From Fimicolochytrium jonesii (lineage: Eukaryota), in assembly GCF_025526975.1 (NCBI RefSeq), contig NW_026515672.1, positions 868,001-932,000 on the forward strand: a stretch of 64,000 nucleotides of DNA, read 5' to 3'. Position numbers and translations under genes: made by a program. Below are positions 35,101 to 48,754 of this stretch, piece after piece (positions within the stretch are counted from its first letter, which is position 1; every line of letters begins with the position of its first letter). The notes below the pieces were generated by a model. That model saw only the letters and a list, made by a program, of their open reading frames with translations. It did no database searches and had not been told where the DNA came from.

Positions 35101-37107
35101 TTGAAAACGATCTTGTTCACCTTCGGCGCCCATCGTTCGAATTCAAGTTCCCAATTGGTGATTGTCGACAAGGGGACGATGACCAGATACGGTCCCAGCT
35201 GCTTCTTTTTCTCCATGAGATAGGTGATCAGCGACAATGTTTGGATGGTTTTGCCCAAACCCATCTCATCGGCTAAGATGCCATTGAGTCGGTTATTGTA
35301 CAACGACACCATCCATTGCAGCCCTTTGAGCTGGTAGTCCTTCAGCTTTCCACCAACCAAAAGTTCCGGTTGCTCCGTGACCGTCTCTTGGATCCTGTGC
35401 GCTGTGTTGTAATAATCGTTATCACCGGCATCCTCGCCTTGAGTATTGTGGTGCGTCACCTCGTAATCGTGAACGGAAGCTTTCTGATCGTGCATCGCTT
35501 TTGTTAAACTGGTCAAGTACGACTCGGTTTGGTTCAGCAGATGCATAATACGGTTGTTTTTCACTTTGTCCACGAGCTTCAAGTACGTCGCTTCGTCGTT
35601 GGCCTTCAGAGCGTTCAAACGCTCTTGTGACAGTCGCTGCTGCCGCTTCTCCTCTTCCTTTTGCGCATTGGCATGGAATCTGGAGACGGCTTGTCCCAAG
35701 CGGATGCCCTTTGTCTGCTGCTGCTTATGAAAACCGACCAAGTCTCTGCCATGCTGAAGAATCGAAAGCAGGTAGTCCTGATGCTTCTGCTTGTCCCTCT
35801 TCTCCCGTTCCAATCGTTGATTCTTTTCCAACTTTTCGGTTTGCTTCGCTTCTCGGAGTGATTGCTTCTTGACTCTGCGATATGCACCCCGATCAACAGC
35901 AGTCGCCAGCGTTGTAGCCTTCCCAAGAGACTGCAAGATCTCCGAACGCAACTTCTTCTGCTTATCCAGAAGCTTCAGGGCCTTCAACTCAATGAGCGCC
36001 TGGATCTTGGCACCTGTATCGCTAGCCAGGTTGCTCGGCAACGATTCCAGTTCGTGTATGCGGTATTGTATACGCGCCTTGATCTTCTTCTCTCGCTCCT
36101 GTATCAGAGCATGAGGATCGATACCGCTAGGAGTTCCGCTAGGTATCACCAGCCGTTGCTGCAGATCCGCCATCGTGATCTTTTTAGGAAGCACCGACTG
36201 CGGTGTGGAAAATGGACCCAATTCGAAGCGTGTAGCGACCGCTTTGGTAACCGCGGGTGGTTGTGAAGTAGGTTGTTGAGCTAAAGCCTGTCCAAGTTTA
36301 TGAGAGGCCTCGATGATGGTCTGGGGTATCGGGTGAAGCTCTGGTTTTGGCTCGGGTGGCCGTAACCCATCTGGATTGAACACCAACCGACGTAGGTGCT
36401 CCGGAACAGGTTTGTTACTGGAGATAAGCTTGAAAACATAGATTTGACAACGCAGCGCTGTGAGCTGCTCTTGCGTGAAAGGTCCTGCCGCTTGCCCAGA
36501 AACAGCTGTTTGTGATCCATCCCCATCAGCATCCATCGGTGCGGCTCCAGTAACGTCGCGGGTATTATCAGCCGTTGTTGGCGGTGGAAGGGAAGGCTGC
36601 TGGTAGGGTTGTTGTGGTGGATGCGTCGCAGCATGAGCTGACGCCTGTGCTGTAGCGCTGTTCTGATATTGACGCAGTATGGCCATAATCCTGCCGAACT
36701 CCGGGTCATTGTTCTCCGTTGCACCTTTCTCTTTGAGCACCCGTGCTTTCTATTAGAGATCACGTACGTCCAAGAGCAGTTAGTCTACACATGATCCGGT
36801 TGTGCAAAATGTGGGTAAGCCCAAACGAAAGCTGTGGGATTCATACCGTAATCAGGTCTCTCAGCTGGTCCGAAGAGATGTGCGGTAGGAGTGGTGCTTG
36901 CGCGGTAACATCCCCGGACATGCGGTGAGGGAGTTGTTGGTAGGGTTGGTGCTGGGATGGGGATTGTATCGGACGGGCTGCGAATCCGGCATTGTTGAAA
37001 GGAAGTTGTGGCTGCTGCAGCAGCTGTTGCTGTTGCTGCAGCTGAGGATGTTGCTGTCCCTGAGCCGACGCCCCAGGTGCTGTCGAGGAAGCAAGCGCCG
37101 GAAACAT
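32194..37107 (-). CDS. SNF2: SWI/SNF-RSC catalytic ATPase (Snf2/Sth1/BRM): QLQ, HSA, SNF2 helicase, SnAC and bromodomain
   Basis: [13 protein letters not shown] (QLQ), [57 protein letters not shown], and [23 protein letters not shown]. Confidence 0.95.
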
Positions 37108-37575
37108 GGCCAGCAGGGTGTTGCGTGGTGTCGTTTTGCCTGTCCTGTGGATATGTTTTGACTCTCCACCCGTTCGTACTTGTCCGTGGGAAAACGCGAG
37201 GGAAAGTCACCTTGGCTTGGGCCTTCTGCCGTGGCCGTCTGACACTCTTGTGGCATGCAATGATTTGGAGGCCCTGCCGATCTCAGTTTCGGATTCCGTT
37301 TAGAGTGGGCCTAAGTAGTTGATTAGAGTGCGTTCGCGTTTGTGTGGCAAATGATTGGGGCAGTTTGTGGTCGGAGCGTCCACTGTTGAGCACCAGCACC
37401 TCGGAAACAGAAGGTGAAATATTAGCCCGTCTAATCAAAAGCCATCGACCACTGTTCGCAAATACCCTTATCTGAAAGCCATTCATGGCTCGTGGACTCG
37501 TCACGTCACAACAGATCGCTCCAACAGACGGTGTTCCCCGGCTTGACGGCCAAAAGACTCTCCACACTTTTACGG

Positions 37576-38787
37576 ATGCTGCGGTCTATCACTCGAACCC
37601 GACCAAAGTCAGCGACTGGGCTTATAAGGTCTCTTGCTGTGTCGTCCATTTGCGTCCGTTTTCAAAGTCAACGAACGCGCTCGCTGCATTCCAACCCGCC
37701 TAAGATGTCGGAACGACGAATCCCCATTTACACCCGCACCGGCGACAAAGGTGAGTTCATTTCAAGGCGCCTGACCTATAGAACCTGGAAAAAAACAATT
37801 CTCATATCTTCAATGCCCTAGGGACATCCGCTCTCTTCACAGGCGAACGGCGTTCGAAAGACGACGATATTTTCGAGGCGCTAGGCACCACCGACGAACT
37901 ATCCAGCTACCTCGGCCTTGCAATAGATCACTGTCAGGATGCGAACAATGGCCTTGCCGAGAAGTTGCAGCAGGTAGTTTGCGAGTGGAGGTGGCCTCAC
38001 AGCTCCAGCGATGGTCGTCCTCTGGCGCTTGAGTGAGCAGAACAAACAGGGGCTCGTGCTCACGTGCTGGAGTGGATCATTTTCAGGTGCAATGTTTGTT
38101 GCAGGATATCGGCTCCAATGTTGCAACCCCGAGAAGCAATGCGAGCGAGGTCCGGTTAGGTGTGTAGCTCGCTGTGAGCGCATAAATCCCGTACACGGGG
38201 TCGGAGTCTCTTGGCGCGGCCTGCCACTGACCGTCACTTGCGACAGCTAATCTCACATCTTGCATTTCTGTCATGTGAATGCATTATCTCAGCTCGTACA
38301 GAGTTCGACACGGATGGGGCTCTTGCAGTCGAGCTAGAGACGTGGATAGACGATCTGGACAAGTCGCTCCCACCGCTGCGTAACTTCATCTTGCCGGTAA
38401 AATTGAATCACCGCAAAAGTGGCAATCCTGGAATACCACATTCAATCGGAAGGAGGACCTGACATCGTCTTATCTGTAGTCTGGCGGAAAAGCCGCGTCA
38501 ACCCTCCACATATGTAGGAGCATATGCCGACGCGCAGAAAGGCGGGTCGTGCCTCTCGTCAAAGCCGGCTGGGCGGACGAAAGCACGGCAAAATATCTGA
38601 ATCGGTATGTTTCGGCCTTGAGGATGCATTGACTCTGACGCACGGTTTTTGGAGACTCATGTGGGCGATTGGTAGATTGAGTGATTTCTTATTCACTGCG
38701 GCGCGGTATGCTGCGAAACACGATGGCAAGGAGGAGACTATATATAAGAAGTTTGCTAAGAAAGCCAAGAGTACTATAGAAGCCTAG
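37576..38787 (+). CDS. MMAB: ATP:cob(I)alamin adenosyltransferase (PduO/MMAB type) with mitochondrial-type presequence; second ATG at 37705
   Basis: [56 protein letters not shown] and YLNR|LSDFLF. Confidence 0.93.
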
Positions 38788-39068
38788 TATAGAAGCTATG
38801 GGAGGTGTCTCAACGCGTACTTTGGTGCAGTGCGTGGGATGTCCCTCTGACTGATGCAGAAGGTAAAGACGGATGCGTCGTGCGACGGCATCTCAGAGGG
38901 ATCCGGCGTAGAGCAGCGTACGGTGGACTTTCGAACACCGCCGTACTTTTACTTAGACAATGCAGAATCTATTTTCATATGTCGGAAGGCGGAAAAGATA
39001 CGTTACAGGACAGGGAAACGTAATGTACATGCCTGAACTACAGATAAACATCTATTTTGGTCTCCTGC

Positions 39069-41496
39069 TCAGTACCTCTGCGACCCCATCGACAGCGCCA
39101 CCTTGGAAATAGGGTCCTGCCACACAAGGTACGAGTTCTGCCCCTTGGGGTTGACCTCCAACACATACCGGTCAAGCACGGTGGTGACTTTTTCCCTCAA
39201 CCCCGTCTTGCCGCGTCCGTAGCCTCCCTCGAACGTAAGCTCACGCGTTCCGAGTGTGAGCCCGGTGGGGATGAATGGCAGGGCGGCGTCGTAGCCTCCC
39301 CAGTTCTGTTCAAAAAAGGCGAGGACTTCGGCTTTGTTGGAAGGTCGGCTTAGGGTGGTGTTTCGTCGCCCGTTGCCTGGAAGGAAATGTAGAGATGAAG
39401 GCAGATAAGCTGATGCGCACGTGACAGTAACGTCAAGCAACCGCTTCCATCGATGTTCCTGACGTACCGTGAACAACACGTTTGATGTCGCTAATAGTGG
39501 GCAGACCCGACATGGTGCGATGAGGATAGTCCCAGTACGTCAGGCCATTGGCAAACTTAAGTTGTGGGATGTTGTTACCACTAAAGGAAAAGACTCGGTG
39601 AGTAGCCGTGGCACAGAATCACCAGTTTACTGTTATATAGATACGCACACATTGCTTGGTAACTGGAAGTAGCCTTTCACAATGGCGTCGGTAATCTCAT
39701 TTCTTCTCTCCCATGGGATGCCCCATACAGGGTCGCGCTTGCCGAAGATGGCGTTGACGCCTTCTGCGAAATCGCTTTTTTGCTAATCAAAACCGGTGCG
39801 TGAGCGACGCACAACTTATAGCTGCAAACGTCAAAGGGCGCCGAGCGCCCTCCGTACCAGAAAGTTTGCCACAAGATTGTACTCCATTCTGAAACAGTCC
39901 ATGAAATCCTTCTTCCTGCCTCTTCGAAGTTGTTCCAGGGTAATCTGGTACGGAAAGGCGAAGTGAAAGTGTGAGTTTCCCATTCCAACTTCAATCGTCA
40001 GCTGCTCGCAGGTTGTCATCAAACCTTCAGGCTTAACGGAGACATCTTCTGCAACGTAGCAAGCGTGTTTGTGGCCCATTCAGAGTTCTCTTTCTCCAAT
40101 GCTCGAAGGATCTCTTCCAGGTTGTTGTACTTGAAGCACCGGTCGATCGCAGCGCCGATGTCACCTCCCAGAGTCCAATTCTTCCACCGCTGCAAATCCG
40201 TGTCCGCTGCAAATCCGGTCAAAAGGTTTGAACTCAGTACAACTGGCGTCGGTTGAGTACTTACCGACAAACTCCTCCAACACCATGTTGATCACTTCAA
40301 GCTCGTCAGTCTCGAGCTCCGCCAGTCGCGTCATCAGAGCAGGCAATCGATCGGAGGGTATGTAGTGTGTTGCTATGCCTGCCATGCTGTTCATCAATTT
40401 ATCGCATAAGTGAGGCTCAGACACATGCGTTTCAGCCCACCGAATGGTCACTCACAAGACTTCCTCGCCCTTCAATTGTTGTCCCGTCAGACCGAGGTAG
40501 GTGCCCAATTCCCCGTCCAATCTCGGTAAGAAAAAGCTTCCTCCCACATCCGGAAACAGGCCGATTTTGGTCTCCGGCATAGCAAAGAGCGTGTTCTCTG
40601 TGGCGATCCGGAAAGGTGCGTGCACGGACAACCCAACACCACCACCCACTGAAACACGCAAAGAAGTCGCACATTGTCAGAAATCTGCCGGCATCGAGAG
40701 TCCCAGTTTCGTACGTACTCGTGATGCCGTTCATGATGCTAACAAAGGGTTTGGTCAAAGTGCCTAGGGTATGGTTCAAAGAGTATTCCTCTTGAAAGAA
40801 TGTGAGGGCTTGGGCAGCATCTGTCGGGTCCTTTGAGGACGCCAGCTTGACAACCGTCTTCACGTCCCCTCCTGAGCAAAATGCCCGGCAATCGTCCGCG
40901 TTGGTCATCACAATCACTTTACACAGATTGCTTTCTTTCCATTGCTGGGAAACATACATGTAAGTCTCGACACACAACCGGCGGGAACGCAAACGACTTG
41001 TAAGGTACCTTACCTGCAGCTGTGGCACGATGTTCCGGATCATACTGAGGTTCAGAGAGTTGAGTGCCTTTGGCCGGTTCAAAAGGAAGATGCGCGCCGA
41101 CTGCATCTTCTGGTGACGGACTTCGCTCTGTTGGACATACGCGCCAGAGGCATCTTCTGCGTTGACGGGCGTGGTAGTCGAAATCATCTTCGGGAGGAGC
41201 GTAACTGATATAAGGTATCTGCCACATCAAGAAGGCATCACAGTTCCCTTCTCCCGTACCCTTTTTGATGCCCCCGAAGATAAGTGAGAGGCTACTGCCG
41301 ATACTCTACGTTGCGGGGCTGATGATCTAAGGGATGTGGTGGGATGTGCCAGTGTTGCACTCGAAGTGAAGATATGCCTGCTGCTCGAAGCAGTTTGTGG
41401 TACTGTCGGTCTGCTCAGGTTTTTCATCGAGTGCTGACCAGGGCGGCAGTGGAGCCTGCAACACCGTTTGGCGATATGGAAAACCAACTGCGACAT
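39069..41496 (-). CDS. EHD3: 3-hydroxyisobutyryl-CoA hydrolase (crotonase family), mitochondrial; start uncertain (41427 or 41496)
   Basis: [62 protein letters not shown] and MSPLSLK. Confidence 0.9.
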
Positions 41497-42251
41497 TGAA
41501 ACCCTCTGAATGCAATCCTATTGAGCAGAGGTGCGGCTGAGTGGGGTTTCCAAGGAAGGCTCAGTAAGCGTGATTCAAGAAACACCAATATCCGGGAGTA
41601 AGACTGACCTTCAAGGTGTGGTGGGGCAGTTCGCTGGTTGTTGTTGGCTGGGAAAATGCTCGCTGCGAAGGTTGGACGGGTTGTGGGAAGGGGCGAGAAT
41701 GAGATCCCAGTGTCCCACACCTGACTGACTGGGGACTCGCGCGCGCCCAAGCCACATGTCTGACGGCGAGTGACAGTATGCCCGTCAGTCCATCGTCAGA
41801 CTCTCCACTCGCACCTGCAGACGGATATCCGCATGCAATTTCCCCCATTGACGGCCCCACTGCAGTCGGGAAAGGCACATGCAAATGCTGAAAGGCATGA
41901 TAGTTTGTGACGTATATCCAGATGCAAACAAGGAAATGTGGGGTAGTCATGGCGCATAGTCTCCGGGAAGAAATACTCGAAATCCGTGAGGCGCTTCTGC
42001 AGTGGTATAAAAGCTGGACGCCCAAACAAGTATCCCAAAAAAGCACAGGTGCGGAAAGACAGAGTAACAAGCTCTGCTCCATTGCTTTACCATCAACCAA
42101 CGTAAGTGCAAGGACAACTTCGTGCATCAACTGTTGGCAGAGCCTGGCGCCGGCGTCCTCAGGCACACAACCTGGATGATTAATCAAATTCAGCCAGTCC
42201 GCTCATCACACTTGCTTCTCTCACATTCTTCAGACCAAGTTACGTCGAGCA

Positions 42252-45200
42252 ATGACAACTTCCGCTACGAAAATCGATATCTCTACCACGGGGCCGATCG
42301 TCGCTGGTCCCCGTACTCCGCCTACTACCCCCCCGCGAGCCAAGGGCGAAGGCGAAAACCCCGAGGCGTATCCCCACATCCTCCTATTTCCGGGGGATGT
42401 TGGAACACCCGAACCCGAATGGGGTGTTAATGGCGGCAAAGATGGCGGCGTCTACGACAAAGAAGCCATTCTTGCGCAACTGGCCGCCAACGCTCCCCAA
42501 GGCGGCTACGAAGGGCCTACCTCGGAAGACCAGGAAACGCTCTCTGAACCAGGAAAAGATCAAGAAGAGCAGGAACCGGAGCTGATTCGCGACGCAACCG
42601 GCGAGCCTATCCACCTCCATGGGAGCGTTGCTCCTGGTACCGGAACCCCCCTCGGCCCAGCCGGGGTGGCCAAGACCGCTCTAGAAGTGGCCGACACTCT
42701 GGATGTCATACCGCCGCTTAGCGTTCTTGAGGCTGGCGCTCGCGTAGTCGAACAAGTTCAGGAGAGGGAAGGTGAAGCCAAGCCCGAAGTCGGTTGGGGC
42801 GATGAAACGCCGAAGCAGAAGCCCAGGCGAGACAAGCATGCTCTTGTCCGAAGGGCCTTCGAAGGACCGGCTCATGTTGGCATGGCCGAGTTTGGATACG
42901 AGACAATTGAGAGTATGTTCAACGTCAGCCAAACGGTGGACCCGGAGCGTTATGATCCGCGAGTTCCCTACATTGCCGGTTTCAGCAACGGAAAGGAGAT
43001 CAGGGTAAGTACCGAGTAGAAAGGGTTAGCAGTTGCCGCAACTGATTATTTGAAACTTCATCAAAAACCAGGACACTGTTATTCTCGACACGCAGTGCGC
43101 TGCAGCCCCTACTTGGTTGAAAGGTATGTAAGGTGGAAGACTTGTCCTCGTCTACGTAATTGTTGACCATCCCCGATACTCAATTCGAAATTGCACCTTT
43201 TTCTCAAACAGGTGCGCTCTATCGCAACGGTCCGGGTATCTTTGATCTCGAGATCTTCCACAAGCGTCAGGTCCACGCCACGAGCTTCCAACACTGGTTC
43301 GACGCTTTGCCGCTGGTTCATCGGTGCGTTCGTCGCATTTTCGTTCCCGCCTCCTTCGATATCCCATGAAGTTCCTAATCTAACCGCAAGTAAACATTCT
43401 GCGTAGATTTGAGATCGACGCCGAAAACCAAATAGTGAAATACCGCTCTCGCTTCACCGCAACGGGGCTTGAGAACACCATTCGCGCGCATCTTCGCAAG
43501 ACGTACGTCCCTATCGTGCCCAACATGGGCTGGCTGGGATTGAAGAGGACGAGTTCTGACCCCTCGGCTATCTGTGGTACGTTTCATCGTTCGCCGTCGC
43601 ATATCTTGTGTTGTCGACGGCGCACAATGCTCATCGGAATCTTTCTTTGTGATCTGGTATCGACGAATAGCCAACTTTGGTGAGCAACGCCTACGATTCG
43701 CACGCTATGCATTCACTGTACTGATGATGCTCTATCGGGCACTATTCAGCGATCCACACGCAATTCCCCTTCCGCCACTCCACCACGGCTCCGGAGAACC
43801 GCCTCGTAGCGACCACGGACACCAGCCTCCTCCAAGAGATCGACCCGGTTACGTTGATCTCCAAGCAAGCTCTTCGATACAGCGACATCAATCCAGCTTT
43901 CCAAGGTTCCGGCGCCGCCGCCGTCCCTTGGCGTGACAGGAAGACGGGCGATATGATCAACTACACGATGCAACATCTTGCGTCTGGGAAGGCTAAGTAC
44001 ACCTTCTTTGGATTGGCGCAGAATGATCGATTCAACCCTCCGGTAAGCTTGACGTCAATCCGTGTGGCCACACTCCAAGCCAATGATCAAAACGCTAACC
44101 GCTGACACCTCTTACAGGGCAACATCATCGCGACGATCACAGCGCCCCCGACTTACGCCCATACTTTCGCAGTTACCGAAAAATACATCGTCCTCATCGT
44201 CTACCCGTACACCCGCACCTGGGGCGAGGGTCTTAAGCGCCTGGTGCCCGGTTGGCTCGGCATGGGCGGTCACGGTCCGATGGAGACCGACCCGCGCAAG
44301 GGCATGTATTTCGACGTTGACGGCGTGACTACTTTCCATGTTATTGTAAGTGTGTCCGTCGACGTAATTCATGTTATGTGATGTCAATTGGCTTACCCAG
44401 TATCAATGTTCCTTCCGCGCACAGGATCGCTACCGCCGTGAAGAGATCAGCGTGTACCGCACAGGCCCGATGTTCGCGCTTAACATCGTCAACGCCTTTG
44501 AAGACCCGTCCGCCGAGACGGTTTCCATTGACTTGAACTGCTACGATAACGATGAGATCTTGAGCTGCTGGGACCTTGTCAACTTGCGCACGCTCGAGAT
44601 GCTTCCTTGGCCGGCGGCGACTATCCGTCGCTATGTCTTGGGCAAGCTTCCTGAGGTAGGTAGTCATGCAATGGTCCCGGAAACACATTCGGAGATTTTA
44701 CATTCAGATATTTGGCTTTTGGTGACGTTCTGCATTGTCTCACCAGACCGCTGCGATCTACAAAGTTGACAAGAGTAAGCTTCCTGAGGTACGTACAAGA
44801 TCTTCAGCTAGGAGGTTTCGCTGTCGCTGTCTTGAAAGTACTCATCCTCACCTGTCATCCAAAATCACGCAGCCCACATTCACCCATCGCACCGACTACA
44901 CGCTCGAATGGCCGACCATCAACCCGCACGCTCGCCAATACAACGAGTATCGCTTCGCGTGGGGCCTGAGCATCTCGGCTGCCAAGCGCAGGATGACCAA
45001 CGTCGTGTGGGACACTATCGTCAAAGCCGACTTGTCCGACAAATCTAGGAGGGAGTGGGCGAGCGACGGTTGCTACCCTGGTAAGCCAAAATGACTGATA
45101 CCGGATGCAATTTGCCCATAGACATCTTACTTCGATTTTCTCCTCAACTGTCCCGCAGGTCAACCCATCTTCGTCCCTAACCCAGCCTGCCGCGACTTCG

Positions 45201-45552
45201 TCAACAACCCGAGCAGCGGAGGAGACGTCAACGGCATGCGCACCAAGCTCTCGCCCTCGACCGACTCCTTTGTAGGCGACAACGCGGCGGAAGACAGCGG
45301 CGTCCTCCTTAGCGTCGTCTTGGACACGCTCAACGACAACACGTCCTTCTTGCTGATGCTCGACGCGCGCACGATGGAGGAGGTTGGCAGGGCCACGTTG
45401 CCGATACACATCCCTTTTGGCTTCCATGGTGAGTATCGACTTGACTTCTGTCGTAGCGCTTTCAACTCGCGTAGATTGCACATCATTGATCCGCGATGGC
45501 ACGTCTCCGTAATGCCACTTCAGGTGCCTGGACCAATGAACTTCACGGCTGA
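42252..45552 (+). CDS. Carotenoid oxygenase/RPE65-family protein with ~240-aa acidic N-terminal extension and incomplete Fe ligand set
   Basis: [86 protein letters not shown] and IPFGFHG|AW. The exons join in frame. Confidence 0.88.
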
Positions 45553-46210
45553 ACACGGTCATTTCTCTTCATCGAGGGAGTCTGCATGCATCGAGGAAGA
45601 CGGCGTATACCTTGCACAACCTATTGATGGCAGGTCATCAGTTTCCTATTGGTTGATCCTGATCTTCTCCTTCGCCGGCTCGCTCGGCTTATATTGTTTC
45701 TTTCTCCTATGAGCGTGTGCTTGTATCCATCTGGTTTTCTCGCATTTTCATTTTGCTTGTTCTGTAACAAAGGCTTCTTCCTTCTCGTGCTCCCGATCGT
45801 TGGCATCTCCCTTCTTCTCGAAACTCCCCCTAAGCCGTTCAGCTTTATTTTGATTGAATGATTCCTCATAACGAGCCTGCATCCACTGCGTAGTCCTGAA
45901 ATTCAATTCGTAAACAAAGAGCGTTACATATACATACGTTACATGGAATAGTGCACAATAATCCTCACCAACGCAGAATGGCATCTTTCGTGGCTATGGT
46001 ACATCAAGGGCCCTTACGGTCTGATGTACAATACAAGTACAGAACGTCCAGAAATCCAAGTGAAAGAGCAAGGCCACGGTGGGCTTAATGGTACGCATAA
46101 TACATCTTATTTTTTTGAACCAAAGACTTGAAACACAACTAGACAGCTTTTCATTTTCATAAGTGTCCGCACTTATACATGCTTTAACACGAATTTGGGG
46201 TATCTAGCAT

Positions 46211-47856
<1,646 letters not shown>

Positions 47857-48305
47857 GATGAGTGTAGTTTCTTAGGGTAAAGAGGAGACAGAGGGAGGAG
47901 TAGAAGGCGAGAGAGCGAAGCGATAGAGTGCTGGTAGTCTTTGTTTCCGGTTATTCGATTCTCCAGTGAGGGAGAGAATCTGCGTGGGAAAAAAAGATTG
48001 CCGTGAAGAAGAGATTCCGGACGGGCGCTGGGCAAGGGCGGCTGTATTTATGCGGGAGCCGCGAGGGGGGGGGCGTCTGTTTGGCCTCTCGGACGCTTTG
48101 CTGTCGCGCCCCTCCCGTTCTCTCTTTGTTTGGTCCCTTCCCCGTCCCCCGTCGGGCTCAATTCTGATTGCAAGGGGTTGTTCAGCTTTTGCTTACGCGA
48201 TCTCAATCACGCGCAAACTCCGACCTCGCAGATCAGGGAACCTTGTCCTTGTTAGTCTCGTTTGACTGAATTTAGAGGGTGCACACTGCTCGTCCACCTG
48301 CCAGC

Positions 48306-48378
48306 TCCCATTGCGAGTCAAGAGAAATTTCCGCCCACGCGCCTATTCCCATTGCGAGTCAAGAGAAACATCCGCCCA
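48306..48378. repeat. 32-bp direct repeat, 2 copies, period 41
   Basis: tcccattgcgagtcaagagaaa(tt/ca)tccgccca at 48306-48337 and 48347-48378. Confidence 0.85.
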
Positions 48379-48500
48379 GGAACTGTTTCCTCTATTCTAT
48401 GGCGAATCTATGCTTGAACGCCCTTCGCTGAGTGATGGAGCGACCATAGGGAGTGTGACAACCGAGCAACTTTTATGAGCGTCTTTGGTGGAGGCCGTCC

Positions 48501-48539
48501 TCAGGTTCGGAGGCGGGAGCTTGAAACCTCACAATGTGT
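48501..48539 (+). pseudogene. Degenerate partial copy of the adjacent tRNA-Leu
   Basis: tcaggt-tcggaggcgggagcttgaaacctcacaatgtgt resembles the tRNA's tcaggt...tcggaggcgtgagttcgaacctcacagcgtgt. The T-loop is mutated and the anticodon stem is lost. Confidence 0.55.
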
Positions 48540-48658
48540 TGTTGCATGCAGTCAAGTTTCCCAGCACGCATGTGGTTTGAAACCAATGCCGGTTTTCCAT
48601 GCTGCCTGCGACGTAAGTTGATGTGTTCAGTCGATTTCGAGCGGAGCAGAAACAACAA

Positions 48659-48740
48659 GCACGTTTGGCCGAGCGGTCTAAGGCGGCAGCTTCAGGTGCT
48701 GTTCTCTTCGGAGGCGTGAGTTCGAACCTCACAGCGTGTA
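48659..48740 (+). tRNA. tRNA-Leu (anticodon CAG)
   Basis: Acceptor GCACGTT/AGCGTGT, D-arm GCCGAGCGGTCTAAGGC, anticodon stem GCAGC-ttCAGgt-GCTGT, long variable arm, T-arm GTGAG-TTCGAAC-CTCAC and discriminator A. Confidence 0.95.
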
Positions 48741-48742
48741 CA

Positions 48743-48754
48743 TTTCTTTTTTTT
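48743..48754 (+). terminator. RNA Pol III oligo-T terminator
   Basis: tttctttttttt immediately after the tRNA. Confidence 0.7.

Noticed and set aside
48306..48378. Possible CRISPR-like repeat
   Set aside because: Only two copies with a 9-nt spacer, in a eukaryotic context with no cas genes.
48659..48740. CAG-anticodon tRNA as a sign of CUG codon reassignment
   Set aside because: It has U33, G37 and discriminator A73, which fit an ordinary Leu tRNA. CTG codons also fall at conserved Leu positions, for example in septin NLPNQ.
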